From Eledone cirrhosa (Eukaryota): a DNA stretch of 64,000 nt. The stretch spans positions 211,606,001 through 211,670,000 of the forward strand of contig OZ024743.1 in assembly GCA_964016885.1 (NCBI GenBank), given 5' to 3'. The notes under the pieces are model-generated. The model was not told the DNA's origin. It saw nothing but the letters and a program-made list of their open reading frames with translations, and did no database searches. Position numbers and translations under genes: made by a program. Of this stretch, positions 54,481 to 64,000 are shown one piece after another. The first letter of the stretch is position 1. Each line of letters opens with the position of its first letter.

Positions 54481-57400
54481 GCACATGTACCAGTAATTAC
54501 AGATCGATCCGACCACGGGCGGCCGGCCCGCGATTGAAAAGGTAATTCCGCCGGCAAATCGTCATTTTTGTGATCCGTTTTCTTCGAAGCACACCATTCG
54601 CCGCCGGACTTCAGCTGCCTCATTTAGCATGGGCAGTTTTTTTTGAAAATCACACCACACACAACCAATGTGTGTCTGCACATGTACCAGTAATTACAGA
54701 TCGATCCGACCACGGGCGGCCGGCCCGCGATTGAAAAGGTAACTCCGCCGGCAAATCGTCATTTTTGTGATTCGTTTTCTTCGAAGCACACCATTCGCCG
54801 CCGGACTTCAGCTGCCTCATTTAGCATGGGCAGTTTTTTTGGAAAATCACACCACACACAACCAATGTGTGTCTGCACATGTACCAGTAATTACAGATCG
54901 ATCCCACCACGAGTTCAATGTAAACAAACTTACGCTCAACGACTTTGTTGACGTTTAACATGGTTTGGTTCCACAGCCACAACTATTGATTTTACGGAGA
55001 TATCTTGCTGAAATTCACGCCACACATAGCCAATGAGTGTCTGCACATGTACCAGTAATTACAGATCGATCCGACCAGGGGCGGCCGGCCCGCGATTGAA
55101 AAGGTAACTCCGCCGGCAAATCGTCATTTTTGGATTCGTTTTCTTCGAAGCACACCATTCGCCGGCGGACTTTGTTGACGTTTAACACGGTTTGGTTCCA
55201 CAGCCACAACTATTGATTTTAAGGAGATATCTTGCTGAAATTCACGCCACACATAGCCAATGAGTGCCTGCACATGTACCAGTAATTACAGATCGATCCG
55301 ACCACGGGCGGCCGGCCCGCGATTGAAAAGGTAACTCCGCCGGCAAATCGTCATTTTTGTGATCCGTTTTCTTCGAAGCACACCATTCGCCGCCGGACTT
55401 CAGCTGCCTCATTTAGCATGGGCAGTTTTTTTTGAAAATCACACCACACACAACCAATGTGTGTCTGCACATGTACCAGTAATTACAGATCGATCCCACC
55501 ACGGGCGGCCGGCCCACAATCGAAAAGGTTACTCCGCCTGCAAATCGTCATTTTCGGATTCGTTTTCTTCGAAGCACACCATTCGCCGGCGGACTTCAGC
55601 TGCCTCATTTAGCATGGGCAGTTTTTCTTGAAGATCACACCACACACAGCCAATGAGTGTCTGCACATGTACCAGTAATTAGAGATCGATCCGACCATGG
55701 GCGGCCGGCCCACGATCGAGAAAAAGGTAACTCCGCCGGCAAATCGTCATTTTTGTGATCCGTTTTCTTCGAAGCACACCATTCGCCGCCGGACTTCAGC
55801 TGCCTCATTTAGCATGGGCAGTTTTTTTTGAAAATCACACCACACACAACCAATGTGTGTCTGCACATGTACCAGTAATTACAGATCGATCCGACCAGGG
55901 GCGGCCAGCCCGCGATTGAAAAGGTAACTCCGCCGGCAAATCGTCATTTTTGTGATTCGTTTTCTTCGAAGCACACCATTCGCCGGCGGACTTTGTTGAC
56001 GTTTAACACGGTTTGGTTCCACAGCCACAACTATTGATTTTAAGGAGATATCTTGCTGAAATTCACGCCACACATAGCCAATGAGTGTCTGCACATGTAC
56101 CAGTAATTACAGATGGATCCCACCACGGGCGGCCGGCCCGCGATTGAAAAGGTTACTCCGCCTGCAAATCGTCATTTTCGGATTCGTTTTCTTCGAAGCA
56201 CACCATTCGCCGGCGGACTTCAGCTGCCTCATTTAGCATGGGCAGTTTTTCTTGAAGATCACACCACACACAGCCAATGAGTGTCTGCAGATGTACCAGT
56301 AATTAGAGATCGATCCGACCACGGGCGGCCGGCCCACGATCGAGAAAAAGGTAACTCCGCCGGCAAATCGTCATTTTTGTGATCCGTTTTCTTCGAAGCA
56401 CACCATTCGCCGCCGGACTTCAGCTGCCTCATTTAGCATGGGCAGTTTTTTTTGAAAATCACACCACACACAACCAATGTGTGTCTGCACATGTACCAGT
56501 AATTACAGATCGATCCGACCACGGGCGGCCGGCCCGCGATTGAAAAGGTAACTCCGCCGGCAAATCGTCATTTTTGTGATTCGTTTTCTTCGAAGCACAC
56601 CATTCGCCGCCGGACTTCAGCTGCCTCATTTAGCATGGGCAGTTTTTTTTGAAAATCACACCACACACAACCAATGTGTGTCTGCACATGTACCAGTAAT
56701 TACAGATCGATCCCACCACGAGTTCAATGTAAACAAACTTACGCTCAACGACTTTGTTGACGTTTAACACGGTTTGGTTCCACAGCCACAACTATTGATT
56801 TTAAGGAGATATCTTGCTGAAATTCACGCCACACATAGCCAATGAGTGTCTGCACATGTACCAGTAATTACAGATCGATCCGACCAGGGGCGGCCGGCCC
56901 GCGATTGAAAAGGTAACTCCGCCGGCAAATCGTCATTTTTGGATTCGTTTTCTTCGAAGCACACCATTCGCCGGCGGACTTTGTTGACGTTTAACACGGT
57001 TTGGTTCCACAGCCACAACTATTGATTTTAAGGAGATATCTTGCTGAAATTCACGCCACACATAGCCAATGAGTGCCTGCACATGTACCAGTAATTACAG
57101 ATCGATCCGACCACGGGCGGCCGGCCCGCGATTGAAAAGGTAACTCCGCCGGCAAATCGTCATTTTTGTGATCCGTTTTCTTCGAAGCACACCATTCGCC
57201 GCCGGACTTCAGCTGCCTCATTTAGCATGGGCAGTTTTTCTTGAAGATCACACCACACACAGCCAATGAGTGTCTGCACATGTACCAGTAATTACAGATC
57301 GATCCCACCACGGGCGGCCGGCCCACAATCGAAAAGGTTACTCCGCCTGCAAATCGTCATTTTCGGATTCGTTTTCTTCGAAGCACACCATTCGCCGGCG

Positions 57401-58999
57401 GACTTCAGCTGCCTCATTTAGCATGGGCAGTTTTTCTTGAAGATCACACCACACACAGCCAATGAGTGTCTGCACATGTACCAGTAATTAGAGATCGATC
57501 CGACCACGGGCGGCCGGCCCACGATCGAGAAAAAGGTAACTCCGCCGGCAAATCGTCATTTTTGTGATCCGTTTTCTTCGAAGCACACCATTCGCCGCCG
57601 GACTTCAGCTGCCTCATTTAGCATGGGCAGTTTTTTTTGAAAATCACACCACACACAACCAATGTGTGTCTGCACATGTACCAGTAATTACAGATCGATC
57701 CGACCACGGGCGGCCGGCCCGCGATTGAAAAGGTAACTCCGCCGGCAAATCGTCATTTTTGTGATTCGTTTTCTTCGAAGCACACCATTCGCCGCCGGAC
57801 TTCAGCTGCCTCATTTAGCATGGGCAGTTTTTTTTGAAAATCACACCACACACAACCAATGTGTGTCTGCACATGTACCAGTAATTACAGATCGATCCCA
57901 CCACGGGCGGCCGGCCCACAATCGAAAAGGTTACTCCGCCTGCAAATCGTCATTTTCGGATTCGTTTTCTTCGAAGCACACCATTCGCCGGCGGACTTCA
58001 GCTGCCTCATTTAGCATGGGCAGTTTTTCTTGAAGATCACACCACACACAGCCAATGAGTGTCTGCACATATACCAGTAATTAGAGATCGATCCGACCAC
58101 GGGCGGCCGGCCCACGATCGAGAAAAATGTAACTCCGCCGGCAAATCGTCATTTTTGTGATCCGTTTTCTTCGAAGCACACCATTCGCCGCCGGACTTCA
58201 GCTGCCTCATTTAGCATGGGCAGTTTTTTTTGAAAATCACACCACACACAACCAATGTGTGTCTGCACATGTACCAGTAATTACAGATCGATCCGACCAC
58301 GGGCGGCCGGCCCGCGATTGAAAAGGTAACTCCGCCGGCAAATCGTCATTTTTGTGATTCGTTTTCTTCGAAGCACACCATTCGCCGCCGGACTTCAGCT
58401 GCCTCATTTAGCATGGGCAGTTTTTTTTGAAAATCACACCACACACAACCAATGTGTGTCTGCACATGTACCAGTAATTACAGATCGATCCCACCACGAG
58501 TTCAATGTAAACAAACTTACGCTCAACGACTTTGTTGACGTTTAACACGGTTTGGTTCCACAGCCACAACTATTGATTTTACGGAGATATCTTGCTGAAA
58601 TTCACGCCACACATAGCCAATGAGTGTTTGCACATGTACCAGTAATTACAGATCGATCCGACCAGGGGCGGCCAGCCCGCGATTGAAAAGGTAACTCCGC
58701 CGGCAAATCGTCATTTTTGTGATTCGTTTTCTTCGAAGCACACCATTCGCCGGCGGACTTTGTTGACGTTTAACACGGTTTGGTTCCACAGCCACAACTA
58801 TTGATTTTAAGGAGATATCTTGCTGAAATTCACGCCACACATAGCCAATGAGTGTCTGCACATGTACCAGTAATTACAGATGGATCCCACCACGGGCGGC
58901 CGGCCCGCGATTGAAAAGGTTACTCCGCCTGCAAATCGTCATTTTCGGATTCGTTTTCTTCGAAGCACACCATTCGCCGCCGGACTTCAGCTGCCTCAT

Positions 59000-61900
59000 T
59001 TAGGATGGGCAGTTTTTTTTGAAAATCACACCACACACAACCAATGTGTGTCTGCACATGTACCAGTAATTACAGATCGATCCGACCACGGGCGGCCGGC
59101 CCGCGATTGAAAAGGTAACTCCGCCGGCAAATCGTCATTTTTGTGATTCGTTTTCTTCGAAGCACACCATTCGCCGCCGGACTTCAGCTGCCTCATTTAG
59201 CATGGGCAGTTTTTTTTTTAAATCACACCACACACAACCAATGTGTGTCTGCACATGTACCAGTAATTACAGATCGATCCCACCACGAGTTCAATGTAAA
59301 CTAACTTACGCTCAACGACTTTGTTGACGTTTAACACGGTTTGGTTCCACAGCCACAACTATTGATTTTAAGGAGATATCTTGCTGAAATTCACGCCACA
59401 CATAGCCAATGAGTGTCTGCACATGTACCAGTAATTACAGATCGATCCGACCAGGGGCGGCCGGCCCGCGATTGAAAAGGTAACTCCGCCGGCAAATCGT
59501 CATTTTTGGATTCGTTTTCTTCGAAGCACACCATTCGCCGGCGGACTTTGTTGACGTTTAACACGGTTTGGTTCCACAGCCACAACTATTGATTTTAAGG
59601 AGATATCTTGCTGAAATTCACGCCACACATAGCCAATGAGTGTCTGCACATGTACCAGTAATTACAGATCGATCCGACCACGGGCGGCCGGCCCGCGATT
59701 GAAAAGGTAACTCCGCCGGCAAATCGTCATTTTTGTGATCCGTTTTCTTCGAAGCACACCATTCGCCGCCGGACTTCAGCTGCCTCATTTAGCATGGGCA
59801 GTTTTTTTTGAAAATCACACCACACACAACCAATGTGTGTCTGCACATGTACCAGTAATTACAGATCGATCCCACCACGGGCGGCCGGCCCACAATCGAA
59901 AAGGTTACTCCGCCTGCAAATCGTCATTTTCGGATTCGTTTTCTTCGAAGCACACCATTCGCCGGCGGACTTCAGCTGCCTCATTTAGCATGGGCAGTTT
60001 TTCTTGAAGATCACACCACACACAGCCAATGAGTGTCTGCACATGTACCAGTAATTAGAGATCGATACGACCACGGGCGGCCGGCCCACGATCGAGAAAA
60101 AGGTAACTCCGCCGGCAAATCGTCATTTTTGTGATCCGTTTTCTTCGAAGCACACCATTCGCCGCCGGACTTCAGCTGCCTCATTTAGCATGGGCAGTTT
60201 TTTTTGAAAATCACACCACACACAACCAATGTGTGTCTGCACATGTACCAGTAATTACAGATCGATCCGACCACGGGCGGCCGGCCCGCGATTGAAAAGG
60301 TAACTCCGCCGGCAAATCGTCATTTTTGTGATTCGTTTTCTTCGAAGCACACCATTCGCCGCCGGACTTCAGCTGCCTCATTTAGCATGGGCAGTTTTTT
60401 TTGAAAATCACACCACACACAACCAATGTGTGTCTGCACATGTACCAGTAATTACAGATCGATCCCACCACGAGTTCAATGTAAACAAACTTACGCTCAA
60501 CGACTTTGTTGACGTTTAACACGGTTTGGTTCCACAGCCACAACTATTGATTTTACGGAGATATCTTGCTGAAATTCACGCCACACATAGCCAATGAGTG
60601 TCTGCACATGTACCAGTAATTACAGATCGATCCGACCAGGGGCGGCCGGCCCGCGATTGAAAAGGTAACTCCGCCGGCAAATCGTCATTTTTGTGATTCG
60701 TTTTCTTCGAAGCACACCATTCGCCGGCGGACTTTGTTGACGTTTAACACGGTTTGGTTCCACAGCCACAACTACTGATTTTAAGGAGATATCTTGCTGA
60801 AATTCACGCCACACATAGCCAATGAGTGTCTGCACATGTACCAGTAATTACAGATCGATCCGACCACGGGCGGCCGGCCCGCGATTGAAAAGGTAACTCC
60901 GCCGGCAAATCGTCATTTTTGTGATCCGTTTTCTTCGAAGCACACCATTCGCCGCCGGACTTCAGCTGCCTCATTTAGCATGGGCAGTTTTTTTTGAAAA
61001 TCACACCACACACAACCAATGTGTGTCTGCACATGTACCAGTAATTACAGATCGATCCCACCACGGGCGGCCGGCCCACAATCGAAAAGGTTACTCCGCC
61101 TGCAAATCGTCATTTTCGGATTCGTTTTCTTCGAAGCACACCATTCGCCGGCGGACTTCAGCTGCCTCATTTAGCATGGGCAGTTTTTCTTGAAGATCAC
61201 ACCACACACAGCCAATGAGTGTCTGCACATGTACCAGTAATTAGAGATCGATCCGACCACGGGCGGCCGGCCCACGATCGAGAAAAAGGTAACTCCGCCG
61301 GCAAATCGTCATTTTTGTGATCCGTTTTCTTCGAAGCACACCATTCGCCGCCGGACTTCAGCTGCCTCATTTAGCATGGGCAGTTTTTTTTGAAAATCAC
61401 ACCACACACAACCAATGTGTGTCTGCACATGTACCAGTAATTACAGATCGATCCGACCACGGGCGGCCGGCCCGCGATTGAAAAGGTAACTCCGCCGGCA
61501 AATCGTCATTTTTGTGATTCGTTTTCTTCGAAGCACACCATTCGCCGCCGGACTTCAGCTGCCTCATTTAGCATGGGCAGTTTTTTTTGAAAATCACACC
61601 ACACACAACCAATGTGTGTCTGCACATGTACCAGTAATTACAGATCGATCCCACCACGGGCGGCCGGCCCACAATCGAAAAGGTTACTCCGCCTGCAAAT
61701 CGTCATTTTCGGATTCGTTTTCTTCGAAGCACACCATTCGCCGGCGGACTTCAGCTGCCTCATTTAGCATGGGCAGTTTTTCTTGAAGATCACACCACAC
61801 ACAGCCAATGAGTGTCTGCACATGTACCAGTAATTAGAGATCGATCCGACCACGGGCGGCCGGCCCACGATCGAGAAAAATGTAACTCCGCCGGCAAATC

Positions 61901-63820
61901 GTCATTTTTGTGATCCGTTTTCTTCGAAGCACACCATTCGCCGCCGGACTTCAGCTGCCTCATTTAGCATGGGCAGTTTTTTTTGAAAATCACACCACAC
62001 ACAACCAATGTGTGTCTGCACATGTACCAGTAATTACAGATCGATCCGACCACGGGCGGCCGGCCCGCGATTGAAAAGGTAACTCCGCCGGCAAATCGTC
62101 ATTTTTGTGATTCGTTTTCTTCGAAGCACACCATTCGCCGCCGGACTTCAGCTGCCTCATTTAGCATGGGCAGTTTTTTTTTTAAATCACACCACACACA
62201 ACCAATGTGTGTCTGCACATGTACCAGTAATTACAGATCGATCCCACCACGAGTTCAATGTAAACTAACTTACGCTCAACGACTTTGTTGACGTTTAACA
62301 CGGTTTGGTTCCACAGCCACAACTATTGATTTTAAGGAGATATCTTGCTGAAATTCACGCCACACATAGCCAATGAGTGTCTGCACATGTACCAGTAATT
62401 ACAGATCGATCCGACACGGGGCGGCCGGCCCGCGATTGAAAAGGTAACTCCGCCGGCAAATCGTCATTTTTGGATTCGTTTTCTTCGAAGCACACCATTC
62501 GCCGGCGGACTTTGTTGACGTTTAACACGGTTTGGTTCCACAGCCACAACTATTGATTTTAAGGAGATATCTTGCTGAAATTCACGCCACACATAGCCAA
62601 TGAGTGTCGGCACATGTACCAGTAATTACAGATCGATCCGACCACGGGCGGCCGGCCCGCGATTGAAAAGGTAACTCCGCCGGCAAATCGTCATTTTTGT
62701 GATCCGTTTTCTTCGAAGCACACCATTCGCCGCCGGACTTCAGCTGCCTCATTTAGCATGGGCAGTTTTTTTTGAAAATCACACCACACACAACCAATGT
62801 GTGTCTGCACATGTACCAGTAATTACAGATCGATCCCACCACGGGCGGCCGGCCCACAATCGAAAAGGTTACTCCGCCTGCAAATCGTCATTTTCGGATT
62901 CGTTTTCTTCGAAGCACACCATTCGCCGGCGGACTTCAGCTGCCTCATTTAGCATGGGCAGTTTTTCTTGAAGATCACACCACACACGGCCAATGAGTGT
63001 CTGCACATGTACCAGTAATTAGAGATCGATCCGACCACGGGCGGCCGGCCCACGATCGAGAAAAAGGTAACTCCGCCGGCAAATCGTCATTTTTGTGATC
63101 CGTTTTCTTCGAAGCACACCATTCGCCGCCGGACTTCAGCTGCCTCATTTAGCATGGGCAGTTTTTTTTGAAAATCACACCACACACAACCAATGTGTGT
63201 CTGCACATGTACCAGTAATTACAGATCGATCCGACCACGGGCGGCCGGCCCGCGATTGAAAAGGTAACTCCGCCGGCAAATCGTCATTTTTGTGATTCGT
63301 TTTCTTCGAAGCACACCATTCGCCGCCGGACTTCAGCTGCCTCATTTAGCATGGGCAGTTTTTTTTGAAAATCACACCACACACAACCAATGTGTGTCTG
63401 CACATGTACCAGTAATTACAGATCGATCCCACCACGAGTTCAATGTAAACAAACTTACGCTCAACGACTTTGTTGACGTTTAACACGGTTTGGTTCCACA
63501 GCCACAACTATTGATTTTACGGAGATATCTTGCTGAAATTCACGCCACACATAGCCAATGAGTGTCTGCACATGTACCAGTAATTACAGATCGATCCGAC
63601 CAGGGGCGGCCGGCCCGCGATTGAAAAGGTAACTCCGCCGGCAAATCGTCATTTTTGTGATTCGTTTTCTTCGAAGCACACCATTCGCCGGCGGACTTTG
63701 TTGACGTTTAACACGGTTTGGTTCCACAGCCACAACTATTGATTTTAAGGAGATATCTTGCTGAAATTCACGCCACACATAGCCAATGAGTGTCTGCACA
63801 TGTACCAGTAATTACAGATG
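59000..63820. repeat. 2964-bp (15-monomer) higher-order repeat
   Basis: Pseudo-ORFs 59391/62355, 59735/62699, 60328/63292 and 60620/63584 are offset by 2964. The private variant TTTTTTTTTAAATCAC occurs near 59210 and 62174. Confidence 0.85.
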
Positions 63821-64000
63821 GATCCCACCACGGGCGGCCGGCCCGCGATTGAAAAGGTTACTCCGCCTGCAAATCGTCATTTTCGGATTCGTTTTCTTCG
63901 AAGCACACCATTCGCCGGCGGACTTCAGCTGCCTCATTTAGCATGGGCAGTTTTTCTTGAAGATCACACCACACACAGCCAATGAGTGTCTGCAGATGTA

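Larger units (their letters stand above)
28155..64000. repeat. Modular satellite array (Sat198) of 168-, 196-200- and 227-228-bp monomers
   Basis: The anchor CCAATG(A/T)GTGTCTGCACATGTACCAGTAATTACAGATCGATCC is in every monomer. GTACCAGTAATTA starts at 28238, 28435, 28631, 28799, 29027, 29223, 29423 and 29651 (spacings 197, 196, 168, 228, 196, 200, 228). The array continues past the window end. Confidence 0.99.

Noticed and set aside
28809-63799. Recurrent 63-112 aa ORFs (MQTLIGYVW..., MIRFLRSTPF..., MWLWNQ...)
   Set aside because: These are chance frames in satellite monomers that open or close with poly-T length. They show no recognisable domain.

Overview
This window is eukaryotic satellite DNA with no supportable protein-coding or RNA gene. 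It holds two tandem arrays separated by a 200-N scaffold gap (27955-28154). Positions 1-27954 are an AT-rich 29-bp minisatellite (consensus ATATATACCAGGATTACTGGATATATGTC, about 960 copies). Each monomer is a quasi-palindrome, and the array is organised into 2.3-4.8 kb higher-order duplications. It carries three identical copies of a 101-bp SINE fragment that I recognise from memory as an Octopus-type SINE, and eight copies of a single monomer inverted in place. Positions 28155-64000 are a more GC- and CpG-rich modular satellite (about 180 monomers) of three length classes: 168, 196-200 and 227-228 bp. These are built from a shared anchor plus two alternative heads and two alternative tails joined at a GACTT microhomology, and they form 14-, 15- and 19-mer higher-order repeats. 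All supplied ORFs are by-products of the repeats. The most notable signals are the combinatorial monomer architecture with length compensation (two different trimers are both 593 bp), a TACCAG..ATTAC motif shared by both satellites and the SINE, and a high density of hairpins. The region could be (peri)centromeric or subtelomeric heterochromatin, but the sequence alone cannot show this.
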